Assembly: GCA_039815825.1 (NCBI GenBank)
Contig: JBCBYO010000010.1
Coordinates: 6,886-70,885 of the forward strand
Length of the DNA stretch: 64,000 nt
DNA from: Pseudomonadota bacterium
GTDB taxonomy: Bacteria; Pseudomonadota; Alphaproteobacteria; Rhizobiales; Rhizobiaceae
Direction of reading: 5' to 3'
Positions within the stretch are counted from its first letter, which is position 1. Each line of letters opens with the position of its first letter. The notes beneath the pieces are model-generated. The model made no database searches, was not told the origin of the DNA, and saw only the letters and a program-made list of their open reading frames with translations. Position numbers and translations under genes: made by a program. Below are positions 1 to 9,289 of this stretch, in pieces.

Positions 1-358
1 CGATGGTCGTAGCTCCCATATAAAAGCCACCGCCTATACCGATGACGGCGCAGATCAGCGTCGTTATGGCGAGAAACTGCGATAGCGGCATGCGCATAGC
101 AGCTTGGGTGCGTAACGTTTGCAAATAGCGGGTCAGGGACGTCGTCTTGTTAGCGTCCAATCCGCGTTCTTTGCGCAGTTGAACAAGGACATCATGTTGG
201 GTGGTGGCATCATCCCGCAAAATCATCCGGCGGTTGATGGAACGACGACCAGAAACCCGAGGCGCAACCAACATATAGGCTGCTTCCGCAAGTATTATCC
301 CGGTAATGCCGGCAAAAGCGTAGACAACATAGCGTATCAGGTCGGCATCAGCCATCAT
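1..358 (-). CDS. TadB/CpaG-like Flp pilus assembly protein (T2SS F family). Only the 5' part is present; the gene runs off the window start.
   Basis: Absent from the ORF track because it is open at the window edge. My translation of the minus strand from the ATG at 358 gives [45 protein letters not shown]..., a TM helix followed by a basic loop. The start overlaps the cpaF stop (TGATG). It sits directly downstream of cpaF. Confidence 0.6.
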   Translation of the reverse strand, partial: MMADADLIRYVVYAFAGITGIILAEAAYMLVAPRVSGRRSINRRMILRDDATTQHDVLVQLRKERGLDANKTTSLTRYLQTLRTQAAMRMPLSQFLAITTLICAVIGIGGGFYMGATTI

Positions 359-1788
359 CAGACCTCTGTACGTGACGATGGATCAAAATACTCGCCTGGG
401 AACTCGACCCCGGTTGCCTTGAGCTCTTCCAGAAATCGCGGTCGCACACCGGTGGGCGCATAATAACCTTTGATGGAGCCATCTTCTTCAATGCCGGTTC
501 GATAGAACTTAAAGATCTCCTGCATCTGGATAACATCACCTTCCATACCGGTAACTTCGGCTACGCTCGTTACACGGCGGCGACCGTCTGACAGGCGCGT
601 CAGTTGAAGGATCAAACCAATCGCGCTGGAAATTTGGCTGCGGATTGACGAAACTGTCATGGGCATACCGGTCATGCCGAGCATTTGCTCAAGCCGGGAA
701 ATCGCATCGCGCGGTGTGTTGGAGTGAATGGTTGCCATGGACCCTTCGTGACCAGTGTTCATGGCCTGCAGCATGTCAAAGGCTTCTTCACCGCGACACT
801 CGCCCAGGATCACACGGTCAGGGCGCATGCGCAGAGCGTTTTTCACTAGATCGCGTTGCTTGATTTCTCCAACGCCCTCGGAGTTTGTCGGACGCGTTTC
901 CATGCGCGCAACATGGGGCTGCTGCAACTGAAGCTCGGCAGCATCTTCAATGGTGATCAGCCGCTCATGCTCAGAGATAAAGGCCGATAAAGCATTGAGC
1001 ATGGTCGTCTTGCCGGTACCCGTACCACCGGAGATCAGTGTGGTAACACGCGCAAAAACGGCAGCCGCTACAACTTCAGCCATGGGCTGCGTGAGGGCGC
1101 CAAAACCAACCAGCTTGTGCAAACCCAGCTTGTTTTTGGAGAACTTCCGGATCGAGACCAAGGGCCCGTCAACGCCAATCGGACGAATGGCGGCGTTAAA
1201 TCGTGACCCGTCAAGCATGCGGGCATCACACATGGGCGACGATTCATCGATGCGGCGGCCGACTGCGGCCACGATTTTGTTGATTACCCGCAGCAGATGA
1301 TCCTCGTCCTTAAACGGAATGTGCTCTTGGATGAGCTTGCCGGATCGCTCCACGAAGCAGTTTTCATGGCCATTGATCAGGATATCGCTGACAGTGGGGT
1401 CTTCCATGAGCGGTTGAAGCGGGCCAAGGCCGACCATCTCATCCATGATGTCATCAACCAATTGGTTGATCTCGGACGTGTTCAGGGGTGTTCGCTCATT
1501 GCGGACATGTTCGTTGACGAACTCGGCAACCTCGTCCCGAATTCGGTCTTCGGGCAAGTTTTCAAGCTGGCTTAGATTTACCTCATCCAAAAACAGTTTG
1601 TGGATCCGCACACGGGCGTCTGCCGTGCGGTCGTTGCCGCGTTTTGGTGGCTCCGCCTTCGGCTTAGGTGCCGGCCGTGGGCGCTTGGAAGGTATGACCA
1701 CTTCCTGCTCGACAACAGCGGGCCCGGCATTTGATTTTGCGTTGGGTTCTAGAAGGGCGGCAAAACGGCTGCTCATGGCTTCACTCAC
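358..1788 (-). CDS. cpaF: Tad/Flp pilus secretion ATPase CpaF/TadA
   Basis: 476 aa. Walker [21 protein letters not shown], and a Walker B/His-box region [31 protein letters not shown]. There is a 4-nt overlap with cpaE. Confidence 0.93.
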   Translation of the reverse strand: MSEAMSSRFAALLEPNAKSNAGPAVVEQEVVIPSKRPRPAPKPKAEPPKRGNDRTADARVRIHKLFLDEVNLSQLENLPEDRIRDEVAEFVNEHVRNERTPLNTSEINQLVDDIMDEMVGLGPLQPLMEDPTVSDILINGHENCFVERSGKLIQEHIPFKDEDHLLRVINKIVAAVGRRIDESSPMCDARMLDGSRFNAAIRPIGVDGPLVSIRKFSKNKLGLHKLVGFGALTQPMAEVVAAAVFARVTTLISGGTGTGKTTMLNALSAFISEHERLITIEDAAELQLQQPHVARMETRPTNSEGVGEIKQRDLVKNALRMRPDRVILGECRGEEAFDMLQAMNTGHEGSMATIHSNTPRDAISRLEQMLGMTGMPMTVSSIRSQISSAIGLILQLTRLSDGRRRVTSVAEVTGMEGDVIQMQEIFKFYRTGIEEDGSIKGYYAPTGVRPRFLEELKATGVEFPGEYFDPSSRTEV

Positions 1789-2999
1789 GATGCCTTTCGT
1801 TTAAACACGGATCCAAAAGACATGACGTTGGGCTTGCGCTGTTCTTCAATGGACGCTTCTTCAGGCAAGATAATGCGGCGCAAATCGGTGATGACGTTGG
1901 CTTGCGGATCAATCGTATCCAGCGGCACACCCTGGTCCACCGCGCGGCGAACAAGTTGATAATTGTTCGAGATCCCGCCAACCAAACGATCACCTAAAAC
2001 GACCTTTGCATCGCTTTTGTCGAGTGCTTCCGCTGTCACCTTTGAGGCAAATCGATTGATAATCACGTTGGGTTTGACTGCTCGCTCCGTTTCCGCCTCG
2101 ATCGACTTGATCAGTCGTTGCGTGTGACGAATGCAGGGAACTGTCATCTCTGACGTTATGAACACATGGTTGGATCCGCGAAGGATCGCAGCTGTCCAGG
2201 GGAACCAGGTTCTGGGCAGGTCGAGAACAACATTGTCAAAATAGGCTGATGCTAGATCCAGAACACGAAGGACGACCTTCGGATCAAAAGTCTTCTGCTC
2301 GGCTGGCTTGTTTGGTGCCGCCAGCACCGCAAGTCCACTTTCATGCTTGGACATCATGGCATCGAGCAATTGATGGTCCAAACGTTCGGCATCGTTTTCA
2401 ACTTCCGACATCTCAAAACGTGGCTCGAGATCGAGATATTCGGCGCATGAACCATGCTGGAAGTTCAAATCAACCACACAGGTCGAGGCCGCGCCGCTAG
2501 CTGCTTTGTGCAGAAGAAAAGCAGCTTGTAGCGCTAGAACTGTGTTGCCGACACCACCCGCTGCAGGCACGAACGAGTAGATTTCCGCCTCATCATTGCC
2601 AAGGCTTGTTGGGCCGCGAAGCGCACGCAGGCATGCCCGCACAAGGTCGGCTGTCGAGACCGGCTTCATCAGGAAGTCAGCGATCTGCATCTGCACAAGA
2701 ATGCGCATAACCGATGGTTCACATGAGCGCAGCACGGCAACAATCGGGACAACCTCCCCGCACCGCCGTTTCAAACGTTGAAGCGCCTCGAGGGTCTCCA
2801 GATTGGCATCGTCCAGATCAACCACGACCACGCCTGTTGCATCATTGACGACGCTGCCCGAAACATCGGTCACTGCATTGTCAACACACACAAACTCGAT
2901 CGCTTTTGAGGTGCTAAAAGCGGTCTGGGCTGTCGTCATGAATTCGCGGTCAGGCGAAACGAGTACAATTGCGTTTCGTGAAGTGTTAGCCTGTTGCAT
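1785..2999 (-). CDS. cpaE: Pilus assembly protein CpaE/TadZ (receiver-like N-terminal domain plus ParA/MinD-like ATPase domain)
   Basis: 404 aa. Atypical P-loop AAGGVGNT. It occupies the position between the cpaD slot and cpaF. Confidence 0.85.
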   Translation of the reverse strand: MQQANTSRNAIVLVSPDREFMTTAQTAFSTSKAIEFVCVDNAVTDVSGSVVNDATGVVVVDLDDANLETLEALQRLKRRCGEVVPIVAVLRSCEPSVMRILVQMQIADFLMKPVSTADLVRACLRALRGPTSLGNDEAEIYSFVPAAGGVGNTVLALQAAFLLHKAASGAASTCVVDLNFQHGSCAEYLDLEPRFEMSEVENDAERLDHQLLDAMMSKHESGLAVLAAPNKPAEQKTFDPKVVLRVLDLASAYFDNVVLDLPRTWFPWTAAILRGSNHVFITSEMTVPCIRHTQRLIKSIEAETERAVKPNVIINRFASKVTAEALDKSDAKVVLGDRLVGGISNNYQLVRRAVDQGVPLDTIDPQANVITDLRRIILPEEASIEEQRKPNVMSFGSVFKRKAS

Positions 3000-3007
3000 G
3001 GTGTGCC

Positions 3008-3289
3008 TCAGTCGTTATCGACGATTGGCGCAGCGGCATCCGCATTGCCATCACCATTGGTGGCCGTGCCCGCACCATCACGATCAGCTGGTACAATCAA
3101 ATTCGTGTCTTGAACGCCTTTCGGCCAAGGGTCGATGATTTGCAGCGCAGAGTTATAGGCGACCGCATTGCCTGCCTGAAGGGTGACGCCTTCAGTTTCA
3201 TTGTATGTCTGCGTACAGGCGCTCAATGCGATGGCCGACACGCCAACCAGTAACGATGATGTCTTGTTATTCATGGCAACCATCCTCAT
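3008..3289 (-). CDS. Small lipoprotein in the cpaD position of the tad operon (CpaD-like, unusually short)
   Basis: 93 aa. Signal peptide with lipobox LSAC (MRMVAMNNKTSSLLVGVSAIALSAC). There is a 4-nt overlap with the cpaC stop, and the C-terminus is acidic and G/D-rich. Confidence 0.6.
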   Translation of the reverse strand: MRMVAMNNKTSSLLVGVSAIALSACTQTYNETEGVTLQAGNAVAYNSALQIIDPWPKGVQDTNLIVPADRDGAGTATNGDGNADAAAPIVDND

Positions 3290-4638
3290 TCAATATCGAG
3301 CGTCAAAATATGACCGGAAGTGCGACCTGGTGCGGTGGCGCCGGTCGCCGACGTGTTGACTTCATCAATCTGCAACAGCACGGCTTCGGCGACACTGGCC
3401 GCGCGCGCATCATCCGTTGGAACCACCATGGGTGTCGTTGGATCAACCGGTTTGACAAGATGCGGGGTGACCAGCATCACAAGATCAGTTTCGTTGCGGG
3501 CAAATTCCTTCGATGAAAAGAGTGCGCCAAGCACGGGCACGCGCCCAATCCCCGGAACGTCTTTTGCAGTCGTACTGTTTTCAGCGGAATACATGCCCGC
3601 GATCATGAAGGTTTGCCCTGACTTCAGATCAACGCTCGTTTTAGCGCGACGGGTCAGGAATGTCGGAAAGTCGCCGCCGCCGGAGGCGTCGATGGAAGAC
3701 ACCTCTGGTTCAATGTCCAAGCTGATCAGACCTTCTTTCAGGACTGTAGGTGTGAACTTCAGGCCGATACCGAATTCCCGGTATTCAACAACAGGAATGC
3801 CATCTTGAACGCCAAGCGTGATGGGAACTTCGCCACCGGCCAGGAACTCGGCTTCCTCGCCAGAGCGGGTGACAAGGTTCGGCTCCGCCAAGCGGCGCGC
3901 AACGCCGCGCTCTTCCAAAGCCTTGATGGTAAAGTCGATATCAAGTCCATTGCTGACGATCTGGCCAAACAATTGTGCAGCGGTATCAACGATCCCCGAC
4001 GACTGGTTGAACCCAACGCTAGATCCCGGGTTTGACGCAAAATCAACACCAAGCTGGTTGCCCGCATCGCGGTTCACCTCAACAAAACGCACGTTCAATT
4101 GAACCTGTTGCGATGATGTAATGTTCACCGAATTAATGATTGCGTCGCCATTGTCGGTAAACCGGCTTGCAATCTCTTTTGCGAGGTCAGCTGCGACTGC
4201 ATCTGGTGCGGAGCCCGAAAGGACCACCTGACCGTTTGTTGTACGCACATCAATATTGGCATCCGGCACATTTTGGCGAATAGCTGATTTCAAGCGGGTC
4301 GTGTCGACGCTGACTTCAAGATCAATGGAACCCACAAGGCGTTGGTTCTCATCAAAAAATGCAATTCCGGTTGTGCCTTCGGTGTTGCCGATAACGTAGA
4401 AGGATCGGTTCGTGAGCGGCTGCACCGTTGCAATGTTAGGATCACCCACGACGACCTCATAATACGCACCACCGGTACGAATGGTCTTGGGTTTGCCTTT
4501 TTCAACTGTCAGCGGCGCTTCTCGCCCGCTGGAGATGTTGATCACACTATTGCTGGCTTGTGCTGCTTGTATGGTGCCGAATGGCACGGTCAGTGCCAGC
4601 ATGATGGCTGCGCATGATTTGGTGAGCTTTCTCATCAA
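3286..4638 (-). CDS. cpaC: Flp pilus secretin CpaC/RcpA
   Basis: 450 aa. Signal peptide, a BON-like N-terminal region, and a secretin C-terminal domain (GGEVPI..., LVMLVTPHLVKP). It overlaps cpaB by 4 nt. Confidence 0.9.
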   Translation of the reverse strand: MMRKLTKSCAAIMLALTVPFGTIQAAQASNSVINISSGREAPLTVEKGKPKTIRTGGAYYEVVVGDPNIATVQPLTNRSFYVIGNTEGTTGIAFFDENQRLVGSIDLEVSVDTTRLKSAIRQNVPDANIDVRTTNGQVVLSGSAPDAVAADLAKEIASRFTDNGDAIINSVNITSSQQVQLNVRFVEVNRDAGNQLGVDFASNPGSSVGFNQSSGIVDTAAQLFGQIVSNGLDIDFTIKALEERGVARRLAEPNLVTRSGEEAEFLAGGEVPITLGVQDGIPVVEYREFGIGLKFTPTVLKEGLISLDIEPEVSSIDASGGGDFPTFLTRRAKTSVDLKSGQTFMIAGMYSAENSTTAKDVPGIGRVPVLGALFSSKEFARNETDLVMLVTPHLVKPVDPTTPMVVPTDDARAASVAEAVLLQIDEVNTSATGATAPGRTSGHILTLDIE

Positions 4639-5546
4639 CGGGCTCCTCCCTCAGCTGGGACCGTCACTGTTCTGGTGTCCTGTCCCTGGCGCACGACGAT
4701 ATCGACTTTGTTGCTTTGGATGGTTTGAGCACCGGTAGGAGCAAAGGCGGCGGTCGGCGTTGGATCGATTGATGGTTCGGGCTGCGAGGCGACGTCTGTG
4801 TCTCCCGCGCCACGCAAATGAAGGTGAAGCGTGCCGGCAGATGCGGCGGCGGTCACGGTTTTCGCTTGAACAGGTGTCAGCGCCAGCGTGACGGTTGTTA
4901 CCATATGCGGCTCACTGAGCGTTTCATCGACCATCTGGTCAATGGTCAGAATTTTCACATCCGCCAAGATAGTAGTCGCAACCGATACTTGCGTTCCTTC
5001 TGCGCGTACTTGTGTGTCGATAGGAGACAGCCAATTGGTCTCTTCCGAGCGCGGATCGACATCGGTGTAGCGATGCAAAACAATGTCAACGCGATCGCCC
5101 GGCAGGACAAAGCCCGCGACGCCGGTCGTTGCATTCACATTAATGGTCACAGCTCTCGTGCCCGGATCCAAAAGCCGCGAAAGGCTGCCTTTGTCATTGG
5201 AACCTGTGACCTTTGTTTTGAGAATGGGCTCGTTAGCGGCCATGGCGCGCAGAACGATACGGCGACCATCTTCCAACAGGTCGTCGGTGCTGGCAAAAGC
5301 ACCCTCGGGCAACGCACTTTGCGGCCAAGGGATCTCTTTAACAACAGAGCGAGTGAGTTCTTCGCCATAGCGAAGAGGTTGCGAAGCGACAGCGATCGTT
5401 GCGAATTCAACCTGTGGCTTCACCTCAACGGTTTTTTCGACGACGACCGTTTCGATATTGTTGCGCAGCCACCAGTCCGCCGCGGTAATTGTCGTCCCAG
5501 CAAACGCAACAGCCAATGCGCCGAGGATCAAAAGACGCTTATTCAT
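4635..5546 (-). CDS. cpaB: Flp pilus assembly protein CpaB/RcpC
   Basis: 303 aa. N-terminal TM anchor, SAF-like region, and the RAVTINVNATTGVAGFVLPGDRVDIV motif typical of CpaB. Confidence 0.88.
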   Translation of the reverse strand: MNKRLLILGALAVAFAGTTITAADWWLRNNIETVVVEKTVEVKPQVEFATIAVASQPLRYGEELTRSVVKEIPWPQSALPEGAFASTDDLLEDGRRIVLRAMAANEPILKTKVTGSNDKGSLSRLLDPGTRAVTINVNATTGVAGFVLPGDRVDIVLHRYTDVDPRSEETNWLSPIDTQVRAEGTQVSVATTILADVKILTIDQMVDETLSEPHMVTTVTLALTPVQAKTVTAAASAGTLHLHLRGAGDTDVASQPEPSIDPTPTAAFAPTGAQTIQSNKVDIVVRQGQDTRTVTVPAEGGAR

Positions 5547-5708
5547 TCTTCGCCCAGTAGTTTTGTTTCACCACGCATCCCCACCCCCACTGGCGACGCG
5601 CCAAGAGCCACGTCTAAGGGGAAGTGATGAATATTCGTGAAATTACCGGGTTTCCTCGAGTGCCAAATTGATCCTTGGTTAGCGGCGTGTAAACTGGTTT
5701 ACGTCCGC

Positions 5709-7046
5709 TTAATCGATCCTCTTGAGGACTTCGCCAAGTGTCTCAAAGATGAAATCGATCTCCGATTTCTCGATGATGAGTGGTGGTGACAGCGCGATAA
5801 TGTCGCCGGTCGTGCGGACCAAAAGATTGTTTTCGTAAGCGTCCAAGAATGCCGAAAACGCTCGTTTCGTCGGGTGACCTGCTATTGGCTCAAGCTCGAT
5901 GGCGCCGATCAAGCCGATATTGCGCGTGTCGATGACATGCGGATGGTCCTTGAGCGAGTGAACGCCATCGGCCCAATAGTCGGCGATCTCGGTGGCACGC
6001 TCAAGCAGACCTTCTTCCTGATAGGTATCCAGCGTTCCGATGCCAGCGGCTGAAGCAACTGGATTACCTGAATAGGTGTAGCCGTGGAAAAACTCGATGA
6101 GATGTTCAGGGCCATTCATGAAGGTGTCGTAGATCTCAGAAGACACAAAAACGGCACCCATGGGAATGACACCATTTGTCAGCCCCTTTGCAGTGATCAT
6201 GATGTCTGGTTTTACGCCAAAATAGTCGGCCGCAAATGGTGTGCCCAATCGCCCGTAACCGGTGATAACCTCATCAAAAATCAGCAAAATTCCATGTTCA
6301 TCACAAATTTTGCGCAGGCGCTGAAGATAACCTTTTGGCGGCGGCAGAACACCGGTTGAGCCGGCAACCGGCTCTACAATGACCGCGGCGATCGTCGAAG
6401 GATCGTGCAATTGCGCAATGCGGAGCAAATCGTCAGCTAATTCTACGCCATGTTCGGGCTCGCCGCGTGAAAACGCATTGCGGGTGATATCGTGTGTATG
6501 ACGCATATGGTCGACACCCGTCAAAAGCGTGCCGAACATCTTGCGGTTGGCGACGATGCCCCCAACCGATATGCCGCCGAAGTTGACCCCATGATAGCCG
6601 CGCTCACGACCGATCAAGCGGAAACGCCCTCCATCGCCTTTTGCCCGGTGGTAGGCGAGCGCTGTTTTGAGCGCCGTTTCCACCGATTCCGAGCCAGAAT
6701 TGGTGAAGAAAACATGATCCAAGCCCTGCGGTGCGATCGCTGTCAGCCGCGCGGCCAGTTCAAATGCTTTTGGATGCCCCATCTGAAATGCTGGTGCGTA
6801 GTCAAGCTGTTCCACTTGGGTTTGGATAGCTTCGACAATCTTGGGCCGCTTGTGTCCCGCATTGACACACCACAGCCCCGCCGTGCCGTCGAGAACTTGG
6901 CGCCCATCGGCGGTCTCATAGTGCATGCGATCGGCACCGACGAACATCCGGGGATTCTGTTTAAATTGCCTATTGGCCGTAAACGGCATCCAAAATGCAT
7001 CAAGATTGTTTGGCTTTGGGTTTGCTACAATATTCATGACTTGCAC
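5709..7046 (-). CDS. Class-III PLP aminotransferase (omega-amino acid/beta-alanine--pyruvate transaminase-like)
   Basis: 445 aa. DAFWMPFTANRQFK N-terminus and GLWCVNAGH, with the PLP lysine in ITAKGLTNG. The start may instead be the ATG at 7037. Confidence 0.85.
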   Translation of the reverse strand: MQVMNIVANPKPNNLDAFWMPFTANRQFKQNPRMFVGADRMHYETADGRQVLDGTAGLWCVNAGHKRPKIVEAIQTQVEQLDYAPAFQMGHPKAFELAARLTAIAPQGLDHVFFTNSGSESVETALKTALAYHRAKGDGGRFRLIGRERGYHGVNFGGISVGGIVANRKMFGTLLTGVDHMRHTHDITRNAFSRGEPEHGVELADDLLRIAQLHDPSTIAAVIVEPVAGSTGVLPPPKGYLQRLRKICDEHGILLIFDEVITGYGRLGTPFAADYFGVKPDIMITAKGLTNGVIPMGAVFVSSEIYDTFMNGPEHLIEFFHGYTYSGNPVASAAGIGTLDTYQEEGLLERATEIADYWADGVHSLKDHPHVIDTRNIGLIGAIELEPIAGHPTKRAFSAFLDAYENNLLVRTTGDIIALSPPLIIEKSEIDFIFETLGEVLKRID

Positions 7047-7145
7047 CGCCGACCTGAGTTTGAAAACTCGACGCTATGCATTGAAAGTCGGATTGGCAAG
7101 CAAAGCCGTCGAACGTGAAAACTGGCTGTTTGGGAAAATGCGACA

Positions 7146-7283
7146 AAAAACAAAAAAGCCGAACCGCAGGGAGGAGGATCGCGGTTCGGCTTAATCTGTA
7201 TTGAAAGAGTGGGAGGAGGATACTCTTTCAAAGATGAACTCGGTGACTGGGAGGAGGATAGTCACTCTGTTCGAGGACAAAAA
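7146..7283 (-). ncRNA. Trans-acting anti-Shine-Dalgarno sRNA with three CCUCCUCCC-loop hairpins (ar14/cuckoo/CcsR-NfeR1 type), located in the AbcR-like slot next to lsrB
   Basis: The plus-strand 11-mer GGGAGGAGGAT occurs at 7169-7179, 7211-7221 and 7249-7259, each between inverted arms. Arm pairs are 7158-7167/7181-7190 (10 bp), 7201-7210/7222-7231 (10 bp) and 7243-7248/7260-7265 (6 bp). On the minus strand the last hairpin is followed by UUUUUUGUUUUUUG. The 5' end is inferred from the putative -10 box only. Confidence 0.8.
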
Positions 7284-7288
7284 TGGGG

Positions 7289-7334
7289 AATATACAACTT
7301 GTTTGCAACTGCTAATTGTGCAACGCACACATGC
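7289..7334 (-). promoter_or_regulatory. Putative promoter of the sRNA plus an upstream LTTR (VtlR/LsrB-like) box
   Basis: On the minus strand: -10 TATATT (7294-7289), -35-like TTAGCA (7315-7310, 15-nt spacer), and GCATgtgTGcgtT at 7334-7322 just upstream of the -35. An ATGCA-N4-TGCAT dyad overlaps the box. Confidence 0.4.
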
Positions 7335-7378
7335 AGAATTGCATAGCTGAAAAGTGATCCAGCAGGCAAAAACAGCCT

Positions 7379-8275
7379 TCAATACTTCCAGCTACGTGCT
7401 TTTGAGAACAAAAAATCTCGGAAGGCCTGCAATTTTGCAGAAGCTCTCATGTTTTGCGCATAGACGAAGAAAGTGTCGAATGATGGTAGCTGGACGTCTT
7501 CAATGACGCGAACAAGGCCCGCATCTCTCTCAACCGCATAATCGGGCAGCAATGCCACGCCGACACCCGCCTGCACTGTACGCTTCAAGGCCATGATCGA
7601 ATTGATTTCGAGCACAGGTTGCCTTGGTGACTTTCCTTCTCTGCCGAGGTGGATCAGCGCGTCAAGATCACGCAGATAGGTGGGTAGTGGCTCGCCAAAT
7701 GCTACAATGCGGTGATTGTCTAGATCGACGACGCTGTTTGGAGCGCCATAGCGGGAAATATAGCTAGGCGAAGCATATACATGCAAATGCACAGTAAAGA
7801 GCTTGCGTTGTATGAGATCAGCCTGTTGGGGTTGCTGCAGGCGAATGGCGCAGTCGGCCTGGCGCAACGCAAGATCAAGTTCCTCATTCGATAGCGCCAA
7901 TTGCACCTGCACATCGGGGTAAAGTTCCAGAAACTCTTGGATCCGATAGGTTAGCCAACCCGCGCCAAGGCCGACCGTGGTCGTAACCCGAAGCCGCCCC
8001 GTCGGTTTTGACGTCTGCTCGGTAAGTTGGCTCTTCACGTTTTCCAGCTTTAGGAAAACATCGTGGGCTGTTGCTAAAAGCTGCTCGCCCTGCTCCGTAA
8101 GCACCAATCCGCGCGCGTGGCGTGAAAAGAGCGGGACACCGATTTCTGTCTCCAACGCGGAGATTTGACGACTAACCGCCGATTGGGAGATATGCAGGGT
8201 ATCGGCGGCGCCAGTGAATGATCCAGCGTTCGCAGCGGCATGAAAAACCCTGACTTTGTCCCAATCAAGCGCCAT
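7379..8275 (-). CDS. lsrB: LysR-family transcriptional regulator, LsrB/VtlR-like by position (downstream of trxB, next to an sRNA)
   Basis: 298 aa. HTH FTGAADTLHISQSAVSRQISALE followed by an LTTR substrate-binding domain. It lies 30 nt downstream of trxB on the same strand. Confidence 0.7.
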   Translation of the reverse strand: MALDWDKVRVFHAAANAGSFTGAADTLHISQSAVSRQISALETEIGVPLFSRHARGLVLTEQGEQLLATAHDVFLKLENVKSQLTEQTSKPTGRLRVTTTVGLGAGWLTYRIQEFLELYPDVQVQLALSNEELDLALRQADCAIRLQQPQQADLIQRKLFTVHLHVYASPSYISRYGAPNSVVDLDNHRIVAFGEPLPTYLRDLDALIHLGREGKSPRQPVLEINSIMALKRTVQAGVGVALLPDYAVERDAGLVRVIEDVQLPSFDTFFVYAQNMRASAKLQAFRDFLFSKARSWKY

Positions 8276-8305
8276 TTGCGAGGCTCCTCCACCTCGAAAA
8301 TACTG

Positions 8306-9289
8306 CTACTCAGCAGCTTCCATATGAACTTCCTGTTCGGCCAGATAACGCTCGGCCTCCAATGCTGCCATGCAGCCCATACCGGCTGCGGTGACCGCTT
8401 GGCGGTAGATGTCATCGGTAACATCACCAGCCGCAAACACGCCGGGCAGCGAGGTAACGGTAGAATCCGGCGCTGTCCAAAGATAGCCGTTCGATTTCTG
8501 CTTGAGCTTGCCTTCAAAAAGCGAAACGGACGGTGCATGGCCAATGGCGATAAATATACCGTGGACAGCAAGCTTTGTGGTGTCGCCATTGTTGCGGTTT
8601 TTGATCACGGCATGCGTCACAGCAGCAGGCAATGCCGGGTTCGATTTTTCACCTTCAATATCAACGAGCTCGCTGTCCCAAACCATGTTGACGTTTGGCT
8701 TGTTAAACAGCCGGTCTTGAAGAATTTTCTCTGCACGCAGTTCATCTCGCCGGTGCACAACGGTCACGGTTTTGGCCAAATTGGACAAGTAAAGTGCCTC
8801 TTCCACCGCCGTATTGCCGCCGCCGACTACAAGCACATCTTTGTCACGGTAGAAAAAGCCATCACAAGTCGCACAGGCCGAAACGCCAAAGCCCATGAAC
8901 TTCTGCTCACCTTCAATGCCGAGCCACTTGGCTTGCGCGCCTGTGCAGATGACCAGCGTGTCGCCCGTATAGACGGTGCCACTGTCACCCACCGCGCGGA
9001 ATGGGCGCACGTTTAGATCTACCTCTGTGATAATGTCTTGGCGAATATCGGTTCCGACATTTTCTGCCTGTTGGCGCATCTGATCCATCATCCAGGGACC
9101 TTGAACCGCTTCAGCATAGCCAGGATAGTTCTCCACCTCGGTGGTAATCATCAGCTGCCCGCCTTGTTGCAGGCCAGCAACCATAACCGGTTTAAGCATG
9201 GCGCGTGCCGCATAAATTGCAGCGGTATATCCTGCAGGGCCTGATCCGATGATCAAAACTGGTGAATGAATGGAGGCATTGTCAGTCAT
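8306..9289 (-). CDS. trxB: Thioredoxin-disulfide reductase
   Basis: VLIIGSGPAGYTAA FAD motif, redox-active CATC (SACATCDGFF), and GGGNTAVEEA NADPH motif. The ORF extends to 9370, but I take the start as MTDNAS at 9289. Confidence 0.92.
   Translation of the reverse strand: MTDNASIHSPVLIIGSGPAGYTAAIYAARAMLKPVMVAGLQQGGQLMITTEVENYPGYAEAVQGPWMMDQMRQQAENVGTDIRQDIITEVDLNVRPFRAVGDSGTVYTGDTLVICTGAQAKWLGIEGEQKFMGFGVSACATCDGFFYRDKDVLVVGGGNTAVEEALYLSNLAKTVTVVHRRDELRAEKILQDRLFNKPNVNMVWDSELVDIEGEKSNPALPAAVTHAVIKNRNNGDTTKLAVHGIFIAIGHAPSVSLFEGKLKQKSNGYLWTAPDSTVTSLPGVFAAGDVTDDIYRQAVTAAGMGCMAALEAERYLAEQEVHMEAAE

Noticed and set aside
4818-5627. Long antisense ORFs opposite well-supported genes. Examples are 4818-5627(+), 8240-9016(+), 25504-26220(-), 35760-36431(-), 38713-39384(-), 48725-49477(-) and 59435-60016(+).
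   Set aside because: They lie entirely within genes that carry strong family motifs on the other strand. Their translations are Arg/Ser/Cys/His-rich and low-complexity, as is typical of shadow ORFs in GC-rich DNA. I recognised no motifs in them.
5661-5708. A possible terminator hairpin after the aminotransferase gene (GCGGACGTAAA...TTTACACGCCGC on the minus strand), and a G-run (GGGGGTGGGG) upstream of cpaB.
   Set aside because: The stem is interrupted by an internal loop and has no U-tract. Only two G-runs are present, so there is no quadruplex potential.
7191-7382. A 63-aa minus-strand ORF covering the lsrB-aminotransferase intergenic region.
   Set aside because: It overlaps the three-hairpin sRNA and its promoter. 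The peptide is Cys/Ser-rich with no SD, so the RNA-structure explanation is far stronger.
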